Positions 50,863-61,010 of a DNA stretch of 64,000 nt are shown piece by piece; within the stretch, counting starts at the first letter, position 1, and every line of letters begins with the position of its first letter. The notes under the pieces are model-generated. The model was not told where the DNA came from. It ran no database searches and worked only from the letters and a program-made list of their open reading frames with translations. The position numbers were made by a program, and so were the translations under genes. Source of the DNA: Bradymonadia bacterium (GTDB lineage: Bacteria; Myxococcota_A; Bradymonadia; UBA7976; UBA1532); contig JBKAGE010000053.1 in NCBI GenBank assembly GCA_046290225.1, positions 7,834 through 71,833 of the forward strand. Reading direction: 5' to 3'.

Positions 50863-52760
50863 GGGCGCGAGTCCGTAACTGACCCACCCGTATTGGGCCA
50901 ATACAGAGTAAATCGGGTGCCGCGGCGCCCTGCTGCATCTGTGGGTGCGCCTTGCTGAGTGATCGGCGCCTCGAGGTGTATGTGGCCCCCATGCAGCTCG
51001 ATCAGGCGCTTGACGATGGCCAGGCCCATACCGCTGCCTTCTACCTCATCTCTCGACTTGAGCGTGGTGAAGGGCTCGAAGATGCGGGTGTGGTACTGCT
51101 CAGGGATCCCGGGACCGTCGTCTTCCACCAGCAGCTCACATCCACCGTCAGCGGCCTTCACCGTCACGATGATGCTGCCTTCACCGCGATCGTGGTGCTT
51201 TATGGCGTTGCTCACGAGGTTGCGCAGTGCTGTGGAGAGAGGCGTCGTTTGCGTATTGAGGATCTGCGTCTCCCCCACCACCTGGACAGTGAAGGCGTCT
51301 GGCGGGTCGACGACGTAGACCACCTCCTGGGCGAGCTCAAGGATGTCCACCTCTCTCACTTGATCGATCCGTTGCCCCAATCGTGCATAGGCGAGGAGGT
51401 CATCGAGCAGAGCGCTGAGGCGACCCACTCGACGCACGAGATGCTCGAAGTGATCTCGAGCTTCACCCGTGAGCTGCTCACCGAGATCTTCTTCGATCCA
51501 GGAGGCGAGGTTCTTGATCCCCCTCAGAGGGGCCTTGAGATCATGGGCCGCTACACGGGTGAACTGTTCGAGATCGGCGTTGGCTTGAGCCAGCTTCTCG
51601 TTGCTCTCTCGCAGTGAGGTCTCCGCGAGCTTGCGCTCAGTGACGTCGCGCCCGATGGACTGAAACTCCAACACGCGCCCGTCAGTGTCGAAGATCGCCG
51701 TGTCGGTCCACTCCTGCCAGACCTCGTGGCCGTGCACGAGGGCACGGTGCTCATACGTCATCGTGCCCGGCCCTGCAGGATCTCCGAGCAGTTTGAGCTG
51801 GTTGAGCGTGCCCGCCTGATCGACCGCAGGGATGAAGTCGAGGAAGGCACGCCCGACGAGCTCGGTGGGCGTGCTGCCGAAGATCCGAGCATATGCTTCG
51901 TTGGTGTAGAGCAGGGTGGTGTCAGGCAGGAACCTGCAAATCATCTCGCTCTGGGCGTTGAGTATGTCGTGGCTCAGCGCTGCAGACTCGAGCTCGGCCT
52001 TGAGCGCCTGCTCTCGCTCTCGGGTCAGGCGTTTGAGGGGGGTGACATCGACAATGATGGCGAGGCTGCGGTTGACGCGGCCGTCATCGTCGTACTCGCT
52101 CGTGGCAGAGAGCAACACGTCGACCAGCTCGCCGCTCTTGGTCACGAATTGATAGGGCACCGACTCGCATCGCCCCGTGATCATGTACTGGGGCAGTACT
52201 TCTTCGATGGCATAACGCCGTGACTCGGGCGTGAGGAGTTCTGTGGAGCGCCTGCCGAGGACCTCACCCCGGGTGTAGCCCAGTCGTTGCAGCCACATGT
52301 CGGAGATGTGCACGAGGCGACCTTCAGCATCGATGGAGTGCATCATGGCCGGCGCCGACTCGAAGAGTTCGGTGTAGCGCTGCTGGTAGTCGGTCTCTTC
52401 ACCGAGGGGCCGCGTCAGCACTGTGACGAGACATCGAGGCACGCCCTCAACACCGTGTAGAGGGCTGAAGCGGACGTGCATGTGTTGCTCAGTGGCGGGC
52501 CAGGGGTACTGGAGATCGCGTCCCTCGACATCTTCGAGCCCTGAACGCCACCGGGTCACCAGGCTGGGAGACAGCAGGTCACTCAGCGCGCAGGGGGTCT
52601 CTGCATCTTCTGCCCGACCCCAGACCTTCTGCCAGTGGGCGTTGGCCTCGTCGATCTGCCAGGATTGATCCGGTTGGCGTGTGAGCACGGCTGCGGCGGC
52701 GCCCATCATCTTCACCATGCTCAAACCAAGCTCTCCTGGTGACTGTGCTATGAACATCAT
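50859..52760 (-). CDS. Cytoplasmic PAS-domain sensor histidine kinase.
   Basis: Likely start MMFIAQ at 52760 with GAAGG upstream; the ORF extends to 53141. Multiple PAS-like segments. H-box AAHDLKAPLRGI. HATPase NLVSNAIKHH..DDGPGIP..GSGMGLAI. Confidence 0.8.
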   Translation of the reverse strand: MMFIAQSPGELGLSMVKMMGAAAAVLTRQPDQSWQIDEANAHWQKVWGRAEDAETPCALSDLLSPSLVTRWRSGLEDVEGRDLQYPWPATEQHMHVRFSPLHGVEGVPRCLVTVLTRPLGEETDYQQRYTELFESAPAMMHSIDAEGRLVHISDMWLQRLGYTRGEVLGRRSTELLTPESRRYAIEEVLPQYMITGRCESVPYQFVTKSGELVDVLLSATSEYDDDGRVNRSLAIIVDVTPLKRLTREREQALKAELESAALSHDILNAQSEMICRFLPDTTLLYTNEAYARIFGSTPTELVGRAFLDFIPAVDQAGTLNQLKLLGDPAGPGTMTYEHRALVHGHEVWQEWTDTAIFDTDGRVLEFQSIGRDVTERKLAETSLRESNEKLAQANADLEQFTRVAAHDLKAPLRGIKNLASWIEEDLGEQLTGEARDHFEHLVRRVGRLSALLDDLLAYARLGQRIDQVREVDILELAQEVVYVVDPPDAFTVQVVGETQILNTQTTPLSTALRNLVSNAIKHHDRGEGSIIVTVKAADGGCELLVEDDGPGIPEQYHTRIFEPFTTLKSRDEVEGSGMGLAIVKRLIELHGGHIHLEAPITQQGAPTDAAGRRGTRFTLYWPNTGGSVTDSRP

Positions 52761-52824
52761 TGCTATTAGACCTTCATCGGCAGGTCGAGTGAAAACCTGT
52801 CGATTCTTGTAAGGGAGCGGCGAG

Positions 52825-54015
52825 ATGCCCCGGCCGGGTGAGCACGAGCGCTGGACAGAAGCCATGCTGCTGGCCCTGGAGGCCGACGAGCACGACTTCC
52901 AGGAGTTCAAGAGCAGCCCCTTCGTCGTGCAAGAGGGGCGCATCGTCTCAGGGTTTCGAGACGCGCTCTCCCGGCAGATGTCCGCCTTCGCCAATGGGGC
53001 AGGCGGGCTGCTCTTCATCGGCCTCGAGGATGATGGCGGCATTGACGGCGGTGTACCTGTCGATCTCCGTGGAGGCGGGACCCGAGCGTGGCTCGAAGAT
53101 GTCATCCCCAACCTCGTCGATCCGCCGCTCACGCGCTTCAACGTCTACGAGGTCACCGCCGACGGGCCCGGATCTGCCATAGATGAAGGGCATGCGGTCT
53201 ACGTCATCGAAGTCTTCGGCAGCGAAGATGCGCCTCATCAGTCCTCCGACAAACGCTACTACCTGCGCATCGCCGGCAAATCCCGGCCCATGGGCCATGT
53301 GCACATCCAAGATGTGCTGCGCCGCACGCAGCATCCGCTGGTGCAGATCAGCCGGGTCGATCCATATGGCGAGACGGTCCACAGCGAGGATGATCCACGC
53401 GGCCCCAAGGCGGTGCTCTCGTTTCAGAGTTTCCTGGCCAACACAGGGCGCCCCATGGCCCGCCACGTGGGGGTGGAGCTGATCTTGCCGCGCCCGCTGG
53501 TGAACGGCGAGGTGCGCGCCAGGATGATGGAGAGTGGCACCGACATCCGCCTGACTCAGCGCCCCGGTGAGCTGGTGTTCTTTCACTATCACCCGCTGCC
53601 GCTGTTTCCCGGCCAGGAGATCTTCTTTCAGCGTTTCTGGGTGGTGGTGCACGCTGCCAATCTCGAGCGCTTCACCAGCGGGCTGGGGGTGATGCGGTGG
53701 AGGGTCTACGCCGATGACGCCACCTTCGAGGAGGGCGAGGTCGATCTGAGCCGTTTCGCTCAGGTGCGTCGGGCGGTCGATTGGGTGCAAGAGCAGACTG
53801 GCCAGGGGCCTGTACGTAATCGCACCAAGAACGATCGGCGTCGACGAAAGCGCCGTCGAGATCGACAACAAGCCCGCAAGGAAAAGGCCCGCCAGGGCAA
53901 GAAGCCGTCCGAGAGCCCTGGCACACCCGCGAAGCGTCGACGCAAGCCCGCACGGAAGCAGACGCCTCCGCCAGAGCAGACCAGCCTCGATCTCAACTCA
54001 CCAAGCAGTGAGTGA
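52825..54015 (+). CDS. AlbA_2 (Schlafen-like) domain protein with an extremely basic Arg/Lys-rich C-terminal tail.
   Basis: EADEHDFQEFKSS..SAFANGAGGLLFIGLEDDGG fits the AlbA_2/Schlafen core. Tail NRTKNDRRRRKRRRDRQQARKEKARQGKKPSESPGTPAKRRRKPARKQ. Divergent from the HK-RR pair. Confidence 0.6.
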   Translation: MPRPGEHERWTEAMLLALEADEHDFQEFKSSPFVVQEGRIVSGFRDALSRQMSAFANGAGGLLFIGLEDDGGIDGGVPVDLRGGGTRAWLEDVIPNLVDPPLTRFNVYEVTADGPGSAIDEGHAVYVIEVFGSEDAPHQSSDKRYYLRIAGKSRPMGHVHIQDVLRRTQHPLVQISRVDPYGETVHSEDDPRGPKAVLSFQSFLANTGRPMARHVGVELILPRPLVNGEVRARMMESGTDIRLTQRPGELVFFHYHPLPLFPGQEIFFQRFWVVVHAANLERFTSGLGVMRWRVYADDATFEEGEVDLSRFAQVRRAVDWVQEQTGQGPVRNRTKNDRRRRKRRRDRQQARKEKARQGKKPSESPGTPAKRRRKPARKQTPPPEQTSLDLNSPSSE

Positions 54016-54669
54016 TCAGCCTGCGAGCAGTTTCTTCAGGTTGGCCTTGAGGGCATCAACACCGAAGGTGCCCCCCGAGGTGTAGAAGTAGGGGTAGCGG
54101 GGGTGACCGCTGGTGAGATCGGCTTTGACCTCTCCGTTGGCGTCGAGCAGGAAGATGCGGGGTACATAACCGCCATATTGCTGGAACTTCTCCGAGAGCC
54201 ACTGGGGGCGCTCGTCGGAGTTCTGCTTGATCATGATCACCTCTTTGCCCATGGCCGCGAGCTCGCTGTCGTTGCTCAAGATGGGCGCCAGCGATCGGCA
54301 CTTGGGACACCAGTCGGCGTAGACCACGAGGCACACGGGCTTCTGCTCGGTTTTGGCTTTGGCCATGCCCGCGTCCCAGCTCTGCCACTCCACGGCGCCG
54401 GCCCACTTGGCGGCAGATTTGGCGCTGTGACCTGTAGGCGTCTTGACCTTGGGTGGGGTCACCTTCATGGCCTTGGGCAACGTCTTCTCGGCCTTCGCGG
54501 CCGGTGGAGCGGCCTTGGAGGTTTGAGAGGTCTTCACTGCCGGTGGGGGGCTCTGAGGGGTCTGTGCCGCAGGCTTCTCGACAGAGCAACCCAGCAAGCC
54601 CGTGAAGGTGAGGGTCCAGAGGGTGAGGGGGCGCAGCGCCATGAGGGCTCCTGAAAAGTTGAGGGTCAA
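54016..54669 (-). CDS. Thioredoxin-fold lipoprotein (CxxC).
   Basis: Lipobox FTGLLGCS. Pro/Ala/Lys-rich linker. VVYADWCPKCRSL thioredoxin motif. Confidence 0.7.
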   Translation of the reverse strand: MTLNFSGALMALRPLTLWTLTFTGLLGCSVEKPAAQTPQSPPPAVKTSQTSKAAPPAAKAEKTLPKAMKVTPPKVKTPTGHSAKSAAKWAGAVEWQSWDAGMAKAKTEQKPVCLVVYADWCPKCRSLAPILSNDSELAAMGKEVIMIKQNSDERPQWLSEKFQQYGGYVPRIFLLDANGEVKADLTSGHPRYPYFYTSGGTFGVDALKANLKKLLAG

Positions 54670-57600
54670 GGTTCGTCGTCTTCTTCGGGCACGAAGATCA
54701 CCACCGCGCCGGGATCAACCACCTCGCCATCGGCGATCTCGACGTTCGGGCCGATGACCGCCCCGGCGCCGATGACCGCGTCGGTGCCGATCCAGACGTC
54801 GTCGCCGATCCAGACATCTTCTGCCACGAGGGCGGTGCGATCGATGCGCACCCGCTCTCCGATGGTGGTGCGGGCGCCGATGACCACCTCCTCGGCCACC
54901 TCGAGGTATCCGCCGGCCCAGACCGTCGAGGCGATCTGTGCCTGATGGTAGATGCGCGCCCGCTGGCCGAGATAGACCCCCTCGGGGAGATCGGCGCTGA
55001 TCATGCTGTTGGCGCCGATCTGGCAATCTGCACCGATGCGCCGGCGCTGCACCAGGATGCTGTCGTCACCGAGACGTACCCGAGGGCCCACCTTGGCCTC
55101 AGGGCCCACCTCGACCCGCTCGCCCACCGTGGCACCTGGGCCTATGGCGCTGTACGAGGCGATACGACTGCCAGCACCCACTGCGCTGTCGGAGCCCACT
55201 GTGCCGTCGATGGTGGTCGCGGCGCCGACGACGGCGCGGGGGCCGATGGCTGCTCTGCTGAGCACGCGGGCCTCAGGGCTCACCTGTGCTTCGGGGTGTA
55301 CCTGGCCATCGACGGACGTGCACTGCGCCGGATCGTCTCCAGCGCAGTCGGGCACCAGCGTGAGGCGTACCCCATCAGGGCCCACAGGCACTGCGTGCAC
55401 GGTGAGCAGGTTGTGGGCGTCGGGCAGCACTGTGCCCTCGGAGATGGCGTTGCCCTCGAGATCGGTGAGGGTCCAGCGGTAGCGCCGGCGGGGCACCACC
55501 TGGAACTGCTGAAGACGCCGCGGGGTGATGCCCACAGTCTGCTCGGTGTCGTCTTCGGTGCGGAACGCCATGGACCAGCGAGCGGGCTCGTCCACGGGAG
55601 GACCGGCCCAGTCGAGCCAGCTCGAGGACCAGGTCACCACCTGGTTGTAAAACGAGTCCACGCCGCTCGGGGGCGGGTAGGGCGAGTTGCCCGATGTGCG
55701 CTCAAAGGCGGGGATGCTCTCGTTCTTCACCACCGTGAAGCCGTTGAAGGGGGCGCTCGAGCGGTCGACGGAGAGGGGCTCCGGCATCCCACGCCAGCCT
55801 TCCCAGCGGTGGTCGAAGCCGTTGATCAGACCACCCCAGGTCACCTTGCTGGCGTCGAAATCGACATAAGAGGGCTGGCCCACGTCCCGCCAGGTGATGC
55901 TGCGATCGTTGTAGCCGTGGGCGATCCCGAAGGGGGCCACGTCGTCACCGAGGTGAGTGAGCATGTGGGTGCGGTGGTCCTGCATGTCCCAGACGAGGCG
56001 GCCGGAGAAACGATCGGCGAACTGGGTCCAGGGGCCCACGCCACGGAAGATGACCGGGTACTCGTCTCGTCGACGACCCCAGCGGTATTCGGCGTTGGGC
56101 CGCCACCGCTCGTTGGCGGCGTAGTTGGTCTGCCCCTGGCTGGAGTAGAACGCCGCGAAGACCTCCGGGTAGCGGATGCCCATGGCCATGGCGCCGCTGC
56201 CCCCCATGGAGTGGCCATAGATATACAGCCGGTTCGGATCTGGGGGTGGGCGATCACCGGGCATGCGCAAAAGGTCGTACACCATGCGCAAGAGGCGCTG
56301 TTCGGTGTAGTTCACCACCACGTCGTCGCCCGAGGGGCCTTCACCGGTGCGGTAGTCGTGATCTCGGGCGAAGCCCAGGTACCAGCTGTTGTTGAAGTCC
56401 GCGGGGCGCATCTCGAGCACGCAGTAGTAGCGGCTGGCCACCAGGGGCACGTCCGCAGGCTGATCACCGCCGGTGTGGCCGTGCAGGTTCACCAGGAGCG
56501 GGGCCTGCTCGGGCAGCTGACGGCCAGGGCATGCGTCCACCCGCGGATCGAGCACGATGTAGGGGTAGGCGTACTGGATCGCCTCCTGGATGCCCGGCGT
56601 ATCCGACGAGCGCCCCCAGAACGACCCCTCTCGTGGGGCGTTGTAGGTGGGGTTCCAGTTTTTGAGATCCATGTACTGGATGTACGCCCGGCCGCCTTCG
56701 GTCTTGATGCCCACCACCGGCAGCGGATCATCTACGGTCTCCGCCACGGGGCCTGTGGCCCAGGGCCCGCCGAGGGTGTCGATCTCCGGCTCGCCGCCCT
56801 GAGGCACAACCACCACGGCGTAATACCCTTCGCCTTGACGGTCGGCGCCGAGCTCGCCCTCGTCGAGGGTCCACACCAGCATGCCAGTGCTCTCGTGCAG
56901 CTCACCGGCGCCTTCGGCCACCACATAGCGCTCGAAGTAGCGGGTCCGCCATTGGCGGGTTGTCAGAGGAAAGTGGCGATCGAGGAAGAACGCGCCGGTG
57001 TTCTCCGGCAGCTCGTAGAGCATGGTGGCGTTGGCGAGATCCGCAGCGTCTTCGATGGGGCTGTTCGAACGATAGACGCGGTAGTGCTCACCCTGCAGAT
57101 CCATGCGCTCGCCAAAGAGCACGAAGGTCTGACCGCTGCGATGGAACGCGTGCACACCCGTAAACGCGGGTGCGTTGCCTTCGATGGTAAAGCTCAGCGT
57201 CAGTGTGGGCCTCACCCCTTGAGTACCTTCTGAAGAGGCGAACTCCGTGGCGACGTCGCTGGTGAGCAGCACGCCGAGGTTGCTCCCCGGATCTGCAACC
57301 CAACCCTGGGCAAAGGCCGTCAGCTCGATGTCGAGGGGGTTGGTGCCGTCGAAGTAGGTGCCTGCAGGGGTGTCGGCGAAGTCTCCCCCAGGGTTTTGCC
57401 AGCTCTGCCATGTCACCGTCTCTTCTTCGAAGGCGGCAGTGAGCGGATAGGCAGACACATTGCCTTCTTCACCCTGTGCTGTAGGGGTGAGGCGTAGCCA
57501 GGCAGAGGTGAGCGTGGCGCCTTCTGGCAACACCGACAGATCGAAATGGAGCACCGCTCGCCGATCGCCGTTGGGGTCGATCCGAAAGGTGGCGCCATTG

Positions 57601-57791
57601 TCGTTTTGATCGGTGAGGGCGTTGGAGAAGCCGGCATCGATGACACCTGCATAGCCATCGAGATCTCGCTGCAGGGTCAGATCATATGTGCCGTCGACCT
57701 GAACCAGAGGTCGCTGTGCGCTGGCGGTGCCAGCGAGCAGTGAGACACAGAGCAGGCCGGTTGTGGCGTTCGCGAGGCCGCGAAAGGGCAT
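54666..57791 (-). CDS. Large secreted protein: N-terminal beta-sandwich (DNRLRE/CBM-like), alpha/beta-hydrolase esterase domain (GHSMGG), C-terminal hexapeptide-repeat left-handed beta-helix.
   Basis: Start MPFRGLANATTGLLCVSLLAGTASA at 57791 with GAGGAG upstream; the ORF extends to 57851. YIYGHSMGGSGAMAMG nucleophile elbow. The C-terminal ~200 aa are imperfect hexapeptide repeats ([LIV]G..x..[LIV]G). Confidence 0.65.
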   Translation of the reverse strand: MPFRGLANATTGLLCVSLLAGTASAQRPLVQVDGTYDLTLQRDLDGYAGVIDAGFSNALTDQNDNGATFRIDPNGDRRAVLHFDLSVLPEGATLTSAWLRLTPTAQGEEGNVSAYPLTAAFEEETVTWQSWQNPGGDFADTPAGTYFDGTNPLDIELTAFAQGWVADPGSNLGVLLTSDVATEFASSEGTQGVRPTLTLSFTIEGNAPAFTGVHAFHRSGQTFVLFGERMDLQGEHYRVYRSNSPIEDAADLANATMLYELPENTGAFFLDRHFPLTTRQWRTRYFERYVVAEGAGELHESTGMLVWTLDEGELGADRQGEGYYAVVVVPQGGEPEIDTLGGPWATGPVAETVDDPLPVVGIKTEGGRAYIQYMDLKNWNPTYNAPREGSFWGRSSDTPGIQEAIQYAYPYIVLDPRVDACPGRQLPEQAPLLVNLHGHTGGDQPADVPLVASRYYCVLEMRPADFNNSWYLGFARDHDYRTGEGPSGDDVVVNYTEQRLLRMVYDLLRMPGDRPPPDPNRLYIYGHSMGGSGAMAMGIRYPEVFAAFYSSQGQTNYAANERWRPNAEYRWGRRRDEYPVIFRGVGPWTQFADRFSGRLVWDMQDHRTHMLTHLGDDVAPFGIAHGYNDRSITWRDVGQPSYVDFDASKVTWGGLINGFDHRWEGWRGMPEPLSVDRSSAPFNGFTVVKNESIPAFERTSGNSPYPPPSGVDSFYNQVVTWSSSWLDWAGPPVDEPARWSMAFRTEDDTEQTVGITPRRLQQFQVVPRRRYRWTLTDLEGNAISEGTVLPDAHNLLTVHAVPVGPDGVRLTLVPDCAGDDPAQCTSVDGQVHPEAQVSPEARVLSRAAIGPRAVVGAATTIDGTVGSDSAVGAGSRIASYSAIGPGATVGERVEVGPEAKVGPRVRLGDDSILVQRRRIGADCQIGANSMISADLPEGVYLGQRARIYHQAQIASTVWAGGYLEVAEEVVIGARTTIGERVRIDRTALVAEDVWIGDDVWIGTDAVIGAGAVIGPNVEIADGEVVDPGAVVIFVPEEDDEP

Positions 57792-57874
57792 GGGGGGCTC
57801 CTCGGTACATGCCCGGTGGGACAGCCACCGCGCAGTGTGCATGGAACCCAAGAGGGCGACCCTGTGTCAACGGC

Positions 57875-58828
57875 TCAGCCCTTGACCGACTCCACGAGCC
57901 TTGCGAGGCCTTCTTGTACTGGCACCGTGGGGTCGAAGCCGAGGGTGTTTCGGGCGGCATCGATGCGGGCAAGAGAGTGCTTGATGTCGCCCTGGCGCGC
58001 AGGGCCGTATTTCACCGGGGGTGCCCCGCCGACGATCTCTGCGAGCATGGCATAGAGCTGGTTGAGGCTGGTGGTGGCACCTCGAGCCACGTTGAACACC
58101 CCGCCGCTGGCCTCAGGCACAGTGCCGGCGAGCATGTTGGCCTGCACCACGTCGCCGATGTAGATGAAGTCGCGGGTCTGCTCCCCGTCGCCGAAGATGG
58201 TGACGTCGGCACCACGGAGCAGTCGGTCGACGAAGATGCTGATCACGCCGGAGTAGGGGCTGCTCGGATCTTGCCGAGGGCCGAAGACGTTGAAGTAGCG
58301 CAGGGTCACCGTCTCTACACCAAAGAGCTGAGACCACACCTTCACATATTGCTCGGAGGCGAGCTTCTCCACAGCGTAGGGGCTCATGGGTCGAGGGAAC
58401 ACGCCCTCGCTCAGGGGCAGCTCGTCAGAGTCGCCGTACACCGCCGCTGATCCGGCGAAGACCACCCGCGTTGCACCGACGGCCTGGGCCGCCCGGAGCA
58501 CATTGAGAGTGCCCCCGAGGTTCACGGCGTTGGTCTCGAGGGGGGCCTCCACTGTGCGCTGCACCGAGGCCACCGCGGCCTCGTGATAAATCAGCGCGCA
58601 CCCCTCAGCTGCGGCCTGTACCGCTTGCATGTCGGTCACCGAGCCCACGAACAACTGCACTGGCCCACCCTGACCAGGGGCGCTGTCGAGATCACCATGA
58701 TGGGCCAGGTTGTCCCGCTTGCCCGTCGACAAGTCGTCGAGCACGGTCACTGTGTCGCCACGCGCCACCAGCGCGTCGACGATGTGTGAGCCGATGAATC
58801 CGGCGCCGCCGGTGACCATAACCTTCAT
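57875..58828 (-). CDS. NAD-dependent epimerase/dehydratase (UDP-glucose 4-epimerase-like).
   Basis: MKVMVTGGAGFIGSH at 58828 with GGGAGA upstream. YAVEK is Tyr-x3-Lys. 317 aa. Confidence 0.8.
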   Translation of the reverse strand: MKVMVTGGAGFIGSHIVDALVARGDTVTVLDDLSTGKRDNLAHHGDLDSAPGQGGPVQLFVGSVTDMQAVQAAAEGCALIYHEAAVASVQRTVEAPLETNAVNLGGTLNVLRAAQAVGATRVVFAGSAAVYGDSDELPLSEGVFPRPMSPYAVEKLASEQYVKVWSQLFGVETVTLRYFNVFGPRQDPSSPYSGVISIFVDRLLRGADVTIFGDGEQTRDFIYIGDVVQANMLAGTVPEASGGVFNVARGATTSLNQLYAMLAEIVGGAPPVKYGPARQGDIKHSLARIDAARNTLGFDPTVPVQEGLARLVESVKG

Positions 58829-59071
58829 GCTGTCTCCCTTTGCCTGGTGAGGGGCTGATCTGTCTCGTCGATGCACACTCTACTTTCGGCACTGCATGCA
58901 CTGCCATGAACTTTTGGTGGCGATGTAGATCCGGTGACACCTCAAGGAAGGCGTGGCGCCTATCGCTATGAGTCTGGCGCGGATTGATACCCGCCTGGCA
59001 CATACGGATCGCTACCTTGGCGAATCATGCGTGTGAGCGATGCGCACACGCCCGACTCAAGAGGAGGCAAC

Positions 59072-60052
59072 ATGGCAAAGCGCAGAAAACTGGCCATCGA
59101 CGAGGCGACGCGAGCGAAGGACCTCTCCGGCAGAATCTACATTGTCACTGGCGCCAACTCCGGTGTTGGCCTCGAGACGACACGCCAGCTGGTGAAGCAG
59201 GGTGGGCATGTGGTGATGGCATGTCGACGACCTGATGCTGGCGAGGCCGCTGCCCAGACCATGGTAGATCTGAAGGGGAGCTGTGAGGTCATGCAGGCCG
59301 ATCTCGCCGACTTCCAATCAGTGCGCGACTTTGTCTCCAGCTTCAAAGACAAGCACGACAAGCTGCATGGTCTGGCCTGCAACGCGGGCATGGTGAACAT
59401 GTCCAATGAGCGGCAGCTGACCAGAGATGGCATCGAGACCACCATCGGGATCAGCTACTTCGGCCATTTTTTGCTCACCGAGCTGCTCCTCGATCGTCTC
59501 AAGCAGACGGAAGACGCCCGCATGGTGATTCTCTCTTCAGTGGTGCACGCCGGAAGCCCGAAGAGCCGGCCAGAGGTGCACTTCGACGATCTGAACTGGG
59601 AAGAAAGGCCGTTCAAGAACTTCGCGGCCTATGCAGAGGCGAAGGTGGCCACGAACCTGTACGTCATGGAGCTCGCCGAGCGCCTCGAGCAGGCAGGGGT
59701 GACGACGGCTTCGGTTCACCCCGGGTGGGCTCGGTCGAACTTTGGCGGTGGTGGGGGCTTCATGATGCGCGCCGCCATGACGCTGATGCGGCCCATCACC
59801 AACACCTTCGGCATGACCGACAGCAGCGAAGAGTCAGCACAGACCTCTCTGCACGTTTTGTTGTCAGACGAGGCCCCGGAGCACTCGGGCGCCTACTTCA
59901 GCCAGAGCAGCGTCTTATACCGCGATGCGCAGTGCAAAGGCGGTGGCTGGCCTCTGGAAAGCCCCAATCCGAACGCAAAGGACATGAACGCTGCACGGAA
60001 GCTGGTGGCGCTCAGCTACGACATGGTCGGTTTGTCTGCGCCAGGCGCCTGA
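59072..60052 (+). CDS. SDR family oxidoreductase.
   Basis: Start MAKRRK at 59072 with GAGGAGG 4 nt upstream; the ORF begins at 59027. IYIVTGANSGVGLETT, NAG, YAEAK. Confidence 0.8.
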   Translation: MAKRRKLAIDEATRAKDLSGRIYIVTGANSGVGLETTRQLVKQGGHVVMACRRPDAGEAAAQTMVDLKGSCEVMQADLADFQSVRDFVSSFKDKHDKLHGLACNAGMVNMSNERQLTRDGIETTIGISYFGHFLLTELLLDRLKQTEDARMVILSSVVHAGSPKSRPEVHFDDLNWEERPFKNFAAYAEAKVATNLYVMELAERLEQAGVTTASVHPGWARSNFGGGGGFMMRAAMTLMRPITNTFGMTDSSEESAQTSLHVLLSDEAPEHSGAYFSQSSVLYRDAQCKGGGWPLESPNPNAKDMNAARKLVALSYDMVGLSAPGA

Positions 60053-60098
60053 ACAACACGTCGGACTCTCCACACCGGCCTTCCACAGAGCAGCCAGT

Positions 60099-60941
60099 TC
60101 ATGTTTTCGCGGTGTGTGCTTCGAGGACCTGCCGGCGGAGTGTTTCCGGAGACATGCCGGTCCAGGTGCGAAATGCCCGGAAGAAGGATGTCGGCTCATC
60201 GAAGCCGAGCAGATATGCGATCTCGTTCGAGGTGAGCTGGGTTCGACCGAGATAGTGGCGGGCCAGCCGCTCACGAGTATCGCGCAATACCTGCTTGAAG
60301 CTCGTCCCCTCCTCGTGAAGCCGTCGCTGCAGCGTTCTCGAACTCACGGCGAGGCGGCTCGCCACTTGTGCCATGGCCACCTGGCCGCTCGGGATGGCTT
60401 CGAGGAGTACGGCGTGCGTACGCTCGCTGAAGGTGGCGCCGGCCTCCAGATCGGCCAGGCGTTTGCGCAGCTCGGGCTCGAAGATGTGCCACATCTCGCT
60501 GCTGGCGGTGAGGAAGGGCTGTCGTGCATCAGCGAGCGAGAAGATCACCTGCACATTGCCGCCGGTTTTCAGTGGCACCCCGAGGAAGTCCTCGAAGGGA
60601 TCGGCGTGTCGTGGCCGTTCCGGGACGTACACCTCGCTCGGTCGTACTGCTTTCCGCGTGCCAAGGCGGGCGAGCTTCACGATGAAGAGCGCTTCGACAG
60701 CGTGCATGTACGCTGGGATCGCCATCGACGTCTTCCGCCACTGGTAGTCGAGCGTGAGCCCTCCAGACGTCTCGTGCAACAGGGCTGCTGAGCATGCTCC
60801 AAGGACACACGCCCACACTCCGCTGGCCAATGGATGCGTGCCATAAACCTCAAAGTTCATAGGGGGTTGCCCTACAACCTCTTGCCCAAGCTTGCCGGAC
60901 TGGGTAGTGATCCCCACCGGCGCCCCCCTACACATCATCAT
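60099..60941 (-). CDS. AraC-family transcriptional regulator, divergent from the vault-protein gene.
   Basis: The C-terminal ~100 aa form a two-HTH AraC signature (..VASRLAVSSRTLQRRLHEEGTSFKQV..IAYLLGFDEPTSFFRAFRTWTGMSP). Confidence 0.8.
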   Translation of the reverse strand: MMMCRGAPVGITTQSGKLGQEVVGQPPMNFEVYGTHPLASGVWACVLGACSAALLHETSGGLTLDYQWRKTSMAIPAYMHAVEALFIVKLARLGTRKAVRPSEVYVPERPRHADPFEDFLGVPLKTGGNVQVIFSLADARQPFLTASSEMWHIFEPELRKRLADLEAGATFSERTHAVLLEAIPSGQVAMAQVASRLAVSSRTLQRRLHEEGTSFKQVLRDTRERLARHYLGRTQLTSNEIAYLLGFDEPTSFFRAFRTWTGMSPETLRRQVLEAHTAKT

Positions 60942-61010
60942 TTATCCACGCCACCCGACCCGTGCCCGACATGCACGCACTGGCCAGGGCTCGGCGAGTC
61001 GGAGCAAACC

